From: an uncultured Desulfarculus sp.
GTDB taxonomy: Bacteria; Desulfobacterota; Desulfarculia; Desulfarculales; Desulfarculaceae
Assembly: GCA_963665125.2 (NCBI GenBank)
Contig: CAXXUK010000001.1
Span: 800,001 to 864,000, forward strand
Length of the DNA stretch: 64,000 nucleotides
Direction: 5' to 3'
Shown: in pieces, positions 40,060 to 50,198 of the stretch
How positions within the stretch are numbered: the first letter of the stretch is position 1
Layout of the letters: each line of letters opens with the position of its first letter
The notes under the pieces: model-generated
What the model was told of the DNA's origin: nothing
The model's database searches: none
What the model saw: the letters and a program-made list of their open reading frames with translations, nothing else
Translations under genes and position numbers: made by a program

Positions 40060-41463
40060 TCACCAGCCCCAGCACATATAACGGTGGATGGAGTCGGCGG
40101 CTGTCCGTCCCGCCCTGGCGGCCTTGATCACCGTGGCCGCGCCGGTGACGATGTCGCCTCCGGCCCAGACGGCTCTTTTTTTGGTGCGTCCCTCCTTGTC
40201 GCAGGCGATATAGCCCCATTCGTTGGTGACCAAATTAGGCGTCGTTTTGGTGATCAAAGGGTTTGCGCCCGAGCCGATGGCCACCACGGCCAGGTCGCAT
40301 TCCAGCCTGGTGATGCCGCCGGCAACGGGCTGGGGCCTGCGCCTGCCCGATTCATCCTCGGGGCCCAGTTCCATCTGCTGCAATTCAACCGCCTTGAGCA
40401 CACCGTCGTCGTCGCCTATAAAGCGCAGGGGCGAGTGCAACAGGTAAAATTCAATGCCCTCCTGCTCACCGTGGTGAATCTCCTCGAAACGGGCCGGCAA
40501 CTCTTCACGCCCCCGGCGGTAGACGCACTTGACGTCGTCGCAGCCCAGGCGTAGGGCCGTGCGCAGGGCGTCCATGGCCACGTTGCCGCCGCCGAATACG
40601 CAGATGTGTTTGCCCTTCATGATCGGCGTGTCATAGTCGGGGAAAAGGTAGGCCTTCATCAGGTTGGATCTTGTGAGGTATTCGTTGGCGCTGAAGACGC
40701 CGATCAAGTCTTCGCCGGGGACGCCCAGGAAGGTGGGCAGACCCGCTCCGACGCCGATGTAGACCGCGTCATAGCCCTTGTCTTGCAACAACTCGTCAAT
40801 GGTGACAACGGTGCCCACCACGGTGTTCAGTTCGAACCGCACGCCAAGGCGCTCCAACAGGTGGATCTCGGCGGCCACGATTTCCTTGGGCAGGCGGAAT
40901 TCGGGAATGCCGTAGACCAAGACGCCGCCCGCCTTGTGAAAGGCCTCGAAAACCGTGACCTCGTGGCCTTTTTTGATCAGGTCGCCGGCAACGGTTAGAC
41001 CGCCCGGACCAGATCCAACCACGGCCACCTTCTTGCCGGTGCTTGGAGCCACGGCCGGCAAGGGTATGTCCTTGCGGGCCCGCGCCCAGTCGGCGGCAAA
41101 CCGCTCCAGGTTGCCGATGGCCACGGGTTTGTCCTTTTTGCCCAGGATGCACAGGCCTTCGCATTGATTCTCCTGGGGGCAGACCCGGCCGCACACGGCG
41201 GGCAGGGCGTTTTTATCCCAAAGCACCATGATGGCCTTGATGAAGTCTCCGTCCTGAATGGCCTTGACGAAGCGCGGTATTTCCACATTGACCGGACAAC
41301 CGGCAACGCAGGCCGGTTTTTTACACTGCAAACAGCGGGATGCCTCTTTTTGGGCACTATCGGCGTCATAGCCAAGGGGGACTTCATCAAAATTGCGGCG
41401 GCGAATCTCCGGGTCCTGTTCGAACATCACCTGGCGGGGAATGGCCTGATTGTTCGTTTCCAT
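40060..41463 (-). CDS. nfnB: NfnB-like subunit (GltD/SudA family) of NADH-dependent ferredoxin:NADP+ oxidoreductase
   Basis: EASRCLQC..CVAGCP, CGRVCPQE.QC, GSGPGG, GGGNVAMD, YRR, AGGD; paired with an nfnA-like gene. Confidence 0.87.
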   Translation of the reverse strand: METNNQAIPRQVMFEQDPEIRRRNFDEVPLGYDADSAQKEASRCLQCKKPACVAGCPVNVEIPRFVKAIQDGDFIKAIMVLWDKNALPAVCGRVCPQENQCEGLCILGKKDKPVAIGNLERFAADWARARKDIPLPAVAPSTGKKVAVVGSGPGGLTVAGDLIKKGHEVTVFEAFHKAGGVLVYGIPEFRLPKEIVAAEIHLLERLGVRFELNTVVGTVVTIDELLQDKGYDAVYIGVGAGLPTFLGVPGEDLIGVFSANEYLTRSNLMKAYLFPDYDTPIMKGKHICVFGGGNVAMDALRTALRLGCDDVKCVYRRGREELPARFEEIHHGEQEGIEFYLLHSPLRFIGDDDGVLKAVELQQMELGPEDESGRRRPQPVAGGITRLECDLAVVAIGSGANPLITKTTPNLVTNEWGYIACDKEGRTKKRAVWAGGDIVTGAATVIKAARAGRTAADSIHRYMCWGW

Positions 41464-41464
41464 G

Positions 41465-42328
41465 TCAGTTGCCTCCCTGTTCCGTTCGCGGCAAGGCGCA
41501 GGTGGCGCGGTATTTTTCCATGGACGCCTTTTCTTGCAGACGGTAGGCGGCAAGGCGGTGGTCCAAACCGGCGTAATCCACCTTGTGACCGTCGAACTCG
41601 GGTCCGTCGACGCAGGCAAAGCGGATTTCATCGCCAACCTTGACCCGGCAGCAGCCGCACATGCCCGTTCCGTCAAGCATTATGGCGTTGAGGCTGACCT
41701 GGGTGGGCACGCCGAATTTCTTGGTGACTTCACAACAAAATTTCATCATAGGCACCGGCCCTATGCATACGGTCTCCTTGACGCTGGCGCCCAGCCTGTC
41801 CAGGGTCTCGCGTAATACATCGGTGACAAAACCGGCGTGGCCGTAGCTCCCGTCGTCGGTGCAGACATGCAATTCGTTGCAGGCCTGTTCCATATCCTGC
41901 TCCATGATCAATAGCTCTTTGCTGCGGGCACCGATGATGCCTATGACATGGTTGCCGGCCAGTTTGAACCCTCTGGCGATGGGATGAAGAACCGCTATTC
42001 CAGTGCCACCGCCGACGCAAACCACCGTGCCGAGTTTTTTAATCTGGGTGGGTTTGCCCAGGGGCCCGACCACATCCTGGATTTGGTCGGTCACGCTCAG
42101 GCTGGCCAGCAAGGCGGTTGTTTTCCCCACAATTTGATAAATGATTTTTATGGTTCCATGGTGAGGATCGGTGTCGGCCATGGTCAGAGGTATGCGTTCA
42201 CCGGTTTCATTGACCCGAAGGATTATGAACTGGCCTGGCTTTGCTTTTGATGCAATAGCCGGGGCATGTATCTCGTTCATCACAACGGTGCCTTGGGCCA
42301 TGATTTGCTTAGCCACTATTGTGTACAT
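41465..42328 (-). CDS. nfnA: NfnA-like FAD/NAD-binding [2Fe-2S] subunit
   Basis: PGQFII, GERIPLT, GPLG, GGGTGIA, TDDGS, DGTGMCGCCRV, CVDGPEF. Confidence 0.87.
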   Translation of the reverse strand: MYTIVAKQIMAQGTVVMNEIHAPAIASKAKPGQFIILRVNETGERIPLTMADTDPHHGTIKIIYQIVGKTTALLASLSVTDQIQDVVGPLGKPTQIKKLGTVVCVGGGTGIAVLHPIARGFKLAGNHVIGIIGARSKELLIMEQDMEQACNELHVCTDDGSYGHAGFVTDVLRETLDRLGASVKETVCIGPVPMMKFCCEVTKKFGVPTQVSLNAIMLDGTGMCGCCRVKVGDEIRFACVDGPEFDGHKVDYAGLDHRLAAYRLQEKASMEKYRATCALPRTEQGGN

Positions 42329-42804
42329 CTATTTCTCCCGATTGGTTCCACCTTCATTTATCGATGATACCTACCTAAAGCGCGAATAGGAATAATACAA
42401 ATAGGAAAAGTAGGAAAATGGCGAAGGGTAAGTGGACGCGATATACGAAAATGCGATATTTGCCGGGGTAATGATATGTGAAAATTGGCATAAGCTGCTG
42501 TTTGCCAATTTTTGGTATGATTACATTCAAGCCGAGTGTTGACGATTTCCGCCAAGGCAAGGCGTTTTGTAGGATTAAGTTTTAATTAGTCGGGGCGTTT
42601 ATTTAACGTTCGGTTATTAGTGCGAAGTAAATTTGTGCAAAAAAATACAAAAGGGGCTTGGAAACAAATGCTCCATGGGGTTACATTAACCTCTGAAAAT
42701 GATTCAGACCGTGCGGGGGTGGCGGCTGCCGGGTGTCTGAAGATTATAACTATCAGTATTTCCTTGTAAATGTCGAAGGGATTACTCAACAAGGGGACAA
42801 CATA

Positions 42805-44844
42805 ATGATTGTTGAGGCTCTGGCGATTGGCGGACTGGGCTTAGCAGCCGCCTTAGGCCTTGGCGTTGCTGCCAAGATTTTCGCTGTGGAAGTCGATCCG
42901 GTCGTACAGGCGATAGAAGAAGCGCTGCCGGGCGCAAACTGCGGCGGTTGCGGAATGGCCGGTTGCTCTTCGGCTGCCGAGGCCATGGCAACAGGTAGGA
43001 TATTACCGAGCGCCTGCGTGGGTGGCGGGCCGGAGGTGCAGGCCGAAGTTGCGGCTATCCTGGGCATGGAACTCAAAGCGTCCGAACCGATTTTGGCCGA
43101 TATCAATTGCCGTTATTCCACGGCCTGCGCTGACGTCAAATATGAATATCAAGGTTTGCAGGACTGCCGAGCGGCTGTTCTTTTATTTGGCGGGCCGAAA
43201 GAGTGCCCCGTTGGTTGCCTTGGTTTGGGAACCTGCGTCACCAACTGTCCGTTCGGGGCCATTAAGATAGGACCGGCCGGATTGCCCGTGGTCGACGCCA
43301 GCCTTTGCACCGGCTGCGGCACCTGTGAGCGGGTTTGCCCCATGGGTTCGGCCGGGCTCAGCTCCATGACCAACAGGATTTTGGGCGAATACACCGCCGA
43401 CGAGTGCACCGCGCCCTGCCAGCGCACTTGTCCGGCGGGCATTGATGTGGCCCGGTATATCGACTTGGCCTCAAAGGGCCAATACGAGCATGCCTTGGCG
43501 GTGATCCGCGAGCGCAATCCGCTGCCGCTGATCTGCGGCCGCATCTGTCCGCGGCCCTGTGAGATAGCCTGCCGCCGCAACCTAGCCGACGAACCGGTGG
43601 CCATTGACGCAATCAAACGTTTCCTGGCCGACTATGAGATGAATTCCGGCAAGCGCTACGAGCAGTACAAGGCCCCGGCAACCGACCGCAAGGTCGCGGT
43701 TATCGGCGGCGGCGCCGAAGGTCTCACCGCAGCTTATTTCCTGGCCCGCATGGGCCACTCCCCGGCCATATTCGAGGCGGAACAAGAGCTCGGCGGCCTG
43801 CTGCGCACGGCCATTCCGGAGAATAGATTGCCCAGAAATGTCCTGGACTGGGAGATTCAGGGCATCTTGGATGTCGGCGTCGAGGCCCACACCGGCAAGG
43901 CCCTGGGCCGCGATTTCAGCTTGAGCAGCCTTTTTGAAGACGGCTTTGAGTCCGTGATCATGGCTCCGGGCGGTTGGGACACCATGACCACCGCGGGACG
44001 CAGCCCCGAAGAGGCGGCCGGGCTGCCTGGGGTTCATCTGCTGCTGGCCCTGAACATGGCTTGGGCCATGGGCCGCCAGGTGGACCTGGGCGACAACGTT
44101 GTGCTCATCGGCGGCGGCAAGGAGGCTGTCGGTACGGCCCTGAAGGTCAAACAGCAGGGCGCGTCCAGGGTGAGCCTGTTGTGGCGTGAGAGCCAGGGAG
44201 CCCTGGGCATTGACGACAGTGAGTTGGAAAAGCTTTCCTCCGCGGCCATCGCCTACAGCTTCAACGCCACGGCCACCGGGCTCACCGGCCGGGGCCAAAC
44301 CATGGAAAATCTGGAATTCGAAGCCAACGGCGGCGAGAACATCATTTCCGGGATTTCCGCAGTGGTTGTGGCCAGTGGCCGCATGCCCAAGTTCGTCTTC
44401 ACCAGGATCGTCGATCCATATGAAGACAATCCGGCGGTGCATTGGCGCAGCCTGAGGCCGTACGGGCCCCAAGGTCAGGGCCCCACCGATCTGTTCGATG
44501 ACCTGAAGCCGGTAAGCGATCACCGCGCCGCGGTTGAGGCCATCGGTTCCGGACGGCGGGCCGCGGCCATGGTTCACAGGGTTCTGAGCGGCATGGAAGA
44601 GCAAAGGCCCGAAAAAATACTCGGCGCCGGCAAGTGCGGCGTGGACGTCATGGCCCTGGAAGACCTGCTCGACGTTCCGGTGCGCCAGGAAATGCCCCGG
44701 GCGACGCCGGAAAAATTGCTCAACCCCGCCGTGGAGATCGAGCTTGGCTTTGACGAACAAACCCTCAAAGCCGAAGCCTCCCGGTGTCTCAATTGCGGCC
44801 TGTTGTGCTACAAGCGCGACGGCAAACTGCCCGCCCAGGTTTGA
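42805..44844 (+). CDS. RnfB-domain / GltD-like fusion protein
   Basis: N-terminal TM + LPGANCGGCG..GC FeS domain + CLGLGTC..CP / CTGCGTC..CP; then APCQRTCPAG, CGRICPRPCE..CRR, Rossmann motifs, EASRCLNCG. Confidence 0.85.
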   Translation: MIVEALAIGGLGLAAALGLGVAAKIFAVEVDPVVQAIEEALPGANCGGCGMAGCSSAAEAMATGRILPSACVGGGPEVQAEVAAILGMELKASEPILADINCRYSTACADVKYEYQGLQDCRAAVLLFGGPKECPVGCLGLGTCVTNCPFGAIKIGPAGLPVVDASLCTGCGTCERVCPMGSAGLSSMTNRILGEYTADECTAPCQRTCPAGIDVARYIDLASKGQYEHALAVIRERNPLPLICGRICPRPCEIACRRNLADEPVAIDAIKRFLADYEMNSGKRYEQYKAPATDRKVAVIGGGAEGLTAAYFLARMGHSPAIFEAEQELGGLLRTAIPENRLPRNVLDWEIQGILDVGVEAHTGKALGRDFSLSSLFEDGFESVIMAPGGWDTMTTAGRSPEEAAGLPGVHLLLALNMAWAMGRQVDLGDNVVLIGGGKEAVGTALKVKQQGASRVSLLWRESQGALGIDDSELEKLSSAAIAYSFNATATGLTGRGQTMENLEFEANGGENIISGISAVVVASGRMPKFVFTRIVDPYEDNPAVHWRSLRPYGPQGQGPTDLFDDLKPVSDHRAAVEAIGSGRRAAAMVHRVLSGMEEQRPEKILGAGKCGVDVMALEDLLDVPVRQEMPRATPEKLLNPAVEIELGFDEQTLKAEASRCLNCGLLCYKRDGKLPAQV

Positions 44845-44858
44845 AGGTGAGGCTGGAT

Positions 44859-45629
44859 ATGTCATCAATCAAAGATCAGATCATCACGAAAGCCAAAGGG
44901 CTGTTGATTACCGGTGAAGTGGCCGGGGTTGTCGGGCTGCGCCAGACCGGCGAACAGATCGGCCCCTACGTGTTCACAGAGCCGGAACAACTTGACAGCC
45001 TCAATCTGGGCGACAGCGCAGAGCCCGGCGATGCCCGCTATCCCCTGGCCAAGGTTCTGGCCCGGGTGGCCCAGGCCCATCCTGCCGACACCTTTGGGAT
45101 CATCGTGCGGGGTTGCGACGAGCGGGCTCTTCAGGTGCTGGCCGCCGACGGCCGCATCAATCCCCTGAATCTACGGCGGGTGCGGATGATCGGCTTCTCC
45201 TGTCCGGAGGAATTGGCCCAAAAACACGAGTGCCCCAAGCCATGGCCCGACGCGCTTGTCGCCGGAGAGCAGGCCAAGGGCGTTATGCCCCCGGTGTTCG
45301 GCGAGGAAGATCCCCAGGCCGAACTGGCCCAGTGGCTGGCGGTGTTTGACCGCTGCGTCAAATGCTTCGGCTGCCGCAACATCTGCCCGGTGTGCCAGTG
45401 CAAGGAATGCACGGTGGAGGAAGAGGCCTTTGTCCAACAGCGGCAATTGCCCATCGACCCCAGCTTCCTTATGACCAGGGCCGTGCACATGGTGGACCGT
45501 TGCGTGTATTGCGGCCTGTGCGAGGAGGCTTGCCCGGCCGATATCCCCTTGAAGCAACTTTACAGGCTGGTCAGCCGCCTCACGGGCAGGCGGGCCGGCA
45601 GCGGTGCCATAACGGCCAAAGCGTGCTGA
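44859..45629 (+). CDS. FdhB(methanogen)/FlxC-like Fe-S subunit
   Basis: VRGCDERA, RCVKCFGCRNICPVCQCKEC, RAVHMVDRCVYCGLCEEACP. Confidence 0.8.
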   Translation: MSSIKDQIITKAKGLLITGEVAGVVGLRQTGEQIGPYVFTEPEQLDSLNLGDSAEPGDARYPLAKVLARVAQAHPADTFGIIVRGCDERALQVLAADGRINPLNLRRVRMIGFSCPEELAQKHECPKPWPDALVAGEQAKGVMPPVFGEEDPQAELAQWLAVFDRCVKCFGCRNICPVCQCKECTVEEEAFVQQRQLPIDPSFLMTRAVHMVDRCVYCGLCEEACPADIPLKQLYRLVSRLTGRRAGSGAITAKAC

Positions 45630-45675
45630 GTAAACCAACCATGATCCGATAATGTTGATCAGAAGGTTTATATAG

Positions 45676-47712
45676 ATGGAATATCAATCAACTTTGACTG
45701 TTTGCCCATACTGCGGATGCGGTTGCAGCTTCTATTTGGAGTCTGTGGACGGCAAACTGACGGCCACCACGCCGAACGAGGTCAGCCCGATCAACCAGGG
45801 CAAACTTTGCGTCAAGGGCTGGAACGCTCATGAGTTCGTGCAGAGCGCCCGGAGGCTGACTTCGCCGCTGATCCGCAAGGACGGCCAGCTGGTGGAGTGC
45901 TCCTGGGACGAGGCTCTGGATTTCGTGGCCAATGAAATGCGGCGCATCACCGGCGAGAGCGGCCCGGATTCGGTGGCGTTTTTCGCCTCGGCCAAGGTGA
46001 GCAACGAAGAAAACTATCTCTTGCAGAAATTCGCCCGCGCGGGGGTCGGCACAAATAGCGTCGATCACTGCGCACGTCTCTGACACAGCTCCACGGTGGC
46101 CGGTCTGGCCGCAGCATTCGGGAGCGGTGCCATGACCAACTCCATCGAGGAGTTGGCGACGGCGGATACAATTTTAGTGATCGGTTCCAATACCACCGCG
46201 GCGCACCCGCTGGTGGCCACGCGCCTGTATAGGGCCAAGGCCAGGGGCGCCAAGATTATCGTGGCCGATCCGCGCAAGATTCAGTTGACCACCCAGGCCG
46301 ATCTGCACGTGCGCCAGAAGCTGGGCACGGACGCGGCTCTGATCAACGGCATCATGAACGTGATTTTGGCCGAGGGGTGGCAAAACCAGGAGTTCATCGA
46401 CGAGCGCTGCGAGGGCTTTGAGGAATTCAAGGCCCTGGTGGAGCAGTACACCCCGGACCGGGTGGCAGAAATCACCGGTGTGTCCGAAGGTGATATCCGG
46501 TTGATGGCCCAGTGGTACGCCCAGGCCGAGGCCTCGTCCATTGTTTATTGCATGGGCATTACCCAGCACACCACCGGCGTGGACAACGTCAAGAGCTTGG
46601 CCAACCTGTCCATGCTCTGCGGACAGATCGGCCGCGAGTCCACCGGCGTAAACCCCCTGCGCGGTCAAAACAACGTGCAGGGCGCCTGCGACATGGGCGG
46701 GCTGCCCAACGTGTATCCCGGCTACCAGCCGGTGACCTCCGAGGACGCCCGCAAGAAATTCGAGGCCGCCTGGGGCGTGGAACTCAGTCCCAAGCTGGGC
46801 CTGACGATCCCGGACATCCTCGACGGCATCAACAACGGCGACGTGCGGGCCCTTTATGTGATGGGCGAAAACCCGGTGATGAGCGACCCGGACAGCGAAC
46901 ACGTGGTCAAAGCCCTGAAAAAGGCCGATCTGCTGATTGTCCAGGACATCTTCCTGAACCAGACCGCGGAAATGGCCCATGTGGTGCTTCCCGGCGCCAC
47001 CTATGCCGAAAAGGACGGCACTTTCTCCAACACCGAGCGCCGTGTGCAGCGCATCCGCAAGGCCGTGGAGCCCATGGGCGACAGCAAGCCCGACTGGTGG
47101 ATCATCCAGGAAGTGGCTCGGCGCTTCGGCATGGAAATGAACTTTGAATCGCCCGAACAGATCATGGAAGAGATCGCCCAGGTTACTCCTTCGTACGGCG
47201 GCATCAGCTACGACCGCCTGGAGGGCGAGGGCCTGTGCTGGCCCTGTCCGACCAAGGATCACCCGGGCACCAAGTTCCTGCACGCCGGCAAATTCAGCCG
47301 GGGCAAGGGCCTGTTCCATGCCATTGAATACCGGCCGCCGGCCGAATGCGTGGACGCCGAATATCCCATGTGGCTGACTACTGGCAGGGCTCATGTGCAC
47401 TATCACACCGGCACCATGACCCGCAACAGCCCCAGCCTGCACGCCCAGATGCCCACCGGTTTCGTGGAGGTCAGCCCCTCCGACGCCCAGGCCATGGATA
47501 TCAAGGAAGGCATGCCCGTACGCCTGACCACCCGCAGGGGAACAATAAACGCTCCGGCCATGATCACCGACAGGGTGGAAAAGGGCACCGTGTTTGTTCC
47601 GTTCCACTTTTTCGAGGCCTGCGCCAACACCTTGACCAACCCGGCCCATGACCCGACCTGCAAGATTCCCGAGTATAAGGTCTGTGCCGTGAAGGTTGAA
47701 AAAGCGGCCTAA
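45676..47712 (+). CDS. fdhF: Cytoplasmic Mo/W formate dehydrogenase alpha subunit, selenocysteine at UGA 46081-46083
   Basis: [30 protein letters not shown] joins two ORF-track pieces in frame; [15 protein letters not shown]; no Tat signal. Confidence 0.95.
46084..46112 (+). promoter_or_regulatory. Putative bacterial SECIS of fdhF
   Basis: GTGGCC-GGTCT-GGCCGC stem-loop 12 nt after the in-frame UGA. Confidence 0.7.
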
Positions 47713-47733
47713 CCTCGTAGTTTGACCTGCAAC

Positions 47734-47763
47734 GGCCCCGCAGCCACCAACGGCTGCGGGGTC
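47734..47763 (+). terminator. Terminator after fdhF
   Basis: GGCCCCGCAGCC-ACCAAC-GGCTGCGGGGTC followed by a T-rich stretch. Confidence 0.7.
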
Positions 47764-48035
47764 TTAATTGTTAGTGTGAAAAAGGCTTTATTCACAGGTT
47801 GTTAGATAGGAAATAAAAAACATCAAACCTTGTGACGGTATTCTCTTGACGGATTTGTAATTTCCGTGGTATTGGCCGGAATTGATTAAATTAGATGGCA
47901 AAAAGGGAGCCTGGCCCACGGCGCGGTGCCGTACGGTACAAGGGCTTTCACCACATTTGGCCGCCGGCGGTGTCCTGCCGGACCCGAGCGCGCGGCGGCC
48001 TATTACATGTGCAGATATCTTAGGGAGGACTATTT

Positions 48036-49808
48036 ATGTCTAAGCTGCCCGATCCTACTAAAAACCCAGATTACGTAATCGCTGAGGCAGCCGAAGAGTT
48101 CATGAAGCCGATCAAAGAGATCGCTGATGGACTCGGCTTGACCGAGGACGAGCTGCTGCTGCATGGTCACTACGTGGCCAAAGTGGACTACAAAAAGGTC
48201 CTGGAGCGCCTGAAAGACAAACCCGACGGCAAGTACATCGACGTGACCGCCATTACCCCGACTCCGCTGGGCGAGGGCAAGAGCACCTCCACCATGGGTC
48301 TGGTCGAAGGTATGGGTAAACTCGGCCTGAACGTCACCGCCGCCATCCGTCAGCCCTCCGGCGGCCCGACCATGAACATCAAGGGCTCCGCCGCCGGTGG
48401 CGGTCTGGCCCAGTGCATTCCGCTGACCCCGTTCTCCCTGGGTCTGACCGGTGACATCAACGCCATCATGAACGCCCACAACCTGGCCATGGTTGCGTTG
48501 AACACCCGTATGCAGCACGAGCGCAACTACACCGACGAGCAGCTGATGCGGCTTTCCAACATGGAGCGCATCAACATCGACCCGACCAACATCGAAATGG
48601 GTTGGATCATCGACTTCTGCTGCCAGGGCCTGCGCAACATTATCATGGGTCTGGGCGGCCGCACCGACGGTTTCCTGATGCAGTCCAAGTTCGGCATCGC
48701 CGTCAGCTCCGAAGTCATGGCCATCCTGGCCGTGGCCAAGGACCTCAAAGACATGCGTGAGCGCATGGGCAAGATCGTCGTGGCTTACGACCGCTCCGGT
48801 AAGGCCATCACCACCGAGGACCTGCAGGTCGCCGGCGCCATGACCGCCTGGATGAACGAGGCCCTGAACCCGAACCTGCTGCAGACCCTTGAAGGTCAGC
48901 CGACCTTCGTGCACGCCGGTCCGTTCGCCAACATCGCCATCGGCCAAAGCTCCATCCTGGCCGACCGCGTGGCCCTGAAGCTCAGCGACTACCATGTGAC
49001 CGAGTCCGGCTTCGGCGCCGACATCGGCTTCGAGAAGTTCTGGAACCTGAAGTGCCGCTTCTCCGGCCTCAAGCCCCACTGCGCCGTGGTCGTGGCCACC
49101 ATCCGCGCCCTGAAGTGCCACGGTGGCGCTCCGATTCCGGTGCCCGGCAAGCCCATGCCTCCCGAGTACCAGGGCGAGAACGTCGAATGGGTCGAGAAGG
49201 GCTGCGCCAACCTGCTGCACCACATCGCCACCGTCAAGAAGGCCGGCATCAACCCGGTCGTCTGCGTCAACAGCTTCTACACTGACACTGACAATGAAAT
49301 CGCCGCCGTCAAGCGCCTGGCCGAAGCCGCCGGCGCCCGCGTGGCCGTCAGCCGTCATTGGGAGAAGGGTGGCGAAGGCGCCATCGAGTTCGCCGAGGCC
49401 GTCAAGGACGCCTGCGCCGAAGAGAACGAGTTCAAGCTGCTGTACGAACTGGAGACTCCGCTGCGTCAGCGCATCGAACTGATCGCCAAGGAAGTCTACG
49501 GCGCCGACGGCGTGGACTACAGCCCCGAGGCCGAGAAGAAGGCCAAGAAGATCGAGGGCGATCCCGAGCTGTCCAAGCTGGGCACCTGCATGGTCAAGAC
49601 CCACCTGTCGTTGACCGACAACCCGGCTCTGAAGGGCGTTCCGAAGAATTGGCGCCTGTACATCCGCGACGTCCTGACCTACGGCGGCGCCGGATTCGTG
49701 GTGCCCGTCGCCGGTACCATCAGCCTGATGCCTGGTTCCGGCTCCAACCCGGCCTTCCGCCGCGTGGACGTCGACACCGAGACCGGCAAGGTCAAGGGCA
49801 TCTTCTAA
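48036..49808 (+). CDS. fhs: Formate-tetrahydrofolate ligase
   Basis: [57 protein letters not shown]. Confidence 0.97.
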   Translation: MSKLPDPTKNPDYVIAEAAEEFMKPIKEIADGLGLTEDELLLHGHYVAKVDYKKVLERLKDKPDGKYIDVTAITPTPLGEGKSTSTMGLVEGMGKLGLNVTAAIRQPSGGPTMNIKGSAAGGGLAQCIPLTPFSLGLTGDINAIMNAHNLAMVALNTRMQHERNYTDEQLMRLSNMERINIDPTNIEMGWIIDFCCQGLRNIIMGLGGRTDGFLMQSKFGIAVSSEVMAILAVAKDLKDMRERMGKIVVAYDRSGKAITTEDLQVAGAMTAWMNEALNPNLLQTLEGQPTFVHAGPFANIAIGQSSILADRVALKLSDYHVTESGFGADIGFEKFWNLKCRFSGLKPHCAVVVATIRALKCHGGAPIPVPGKPMPPEYQGENVEWVEKGCANLLHHIATVKKAGINPVVCVNSFYTDTDNEIAAVKRLAEAAGARVAVSRHWEKGGEGAIEFAEAVKDACAEENEFKLLYELETPLRQRIELIAKEVYGADGVDYSPEAEKKAKKIEGDPELSKLGTCMVKTHLSLTDNPALKGVPKNWRLYIRDVLTYGGAGFVVPVAGTISLMPGSGSNPAFRRVDVDTETGKVKGIF

Positions 49809-49870
49809 GACCGCTCACGACCGTGACGCGGGCCTTGGCCCATGCGTCATGATCGCCGACTAGGCTAACG

Positions 49871-49906
49871 CAAGAGCCGCTCCGACCCGGGGCGGCTCTT
49901 GTTTTT
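49871..49906 (+). terminator. Intrinsic terminator after fhs
   Basis: CAAGAGCCGCTCC-loop-GGGGCGGCTCTTG-TTTTT. Confidence 0.8.
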
Positions 49907-50198
49907 GGGTCGGTGTTTGTTAACTAAAAAACAAGTCCACACAGCAAGTTGCGCCAAACAGCCTCTATAAATACGAAAAAACTAAGTAAAATACTAGGAA
50001 AGCTTCCAATTAGCCGATTTGTTGTGTATCGTAATAAGTACATGAGATGTACGGAGATGGTATTGATTATGATGCGCTGTATTTCTGTGCGGGCTGGACC
50101 CACCTGACATATCCACCCCAATATTGACTGCAACCAAAGCGAACCAAGCATATAGGCAGCAGGCCGATCGTACGGCCGGGGCTCAGGGAGATGCGGAT

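Noticed and set aside
45676..47712. fdhF as a nonsense-disrupted pseudogene
   Set aside because: The UGA falls exactly on the catalytic Sec position, is in frame and has a SECIS-like hairpin.
47880..48035. ZTP (pfl) or THF riboswitch before fhs
   Set aside because: The GACUGGCG...CGCCUGGGC pair of ZTP and the THF consensus are absent; kept only as an unknown structured leader.
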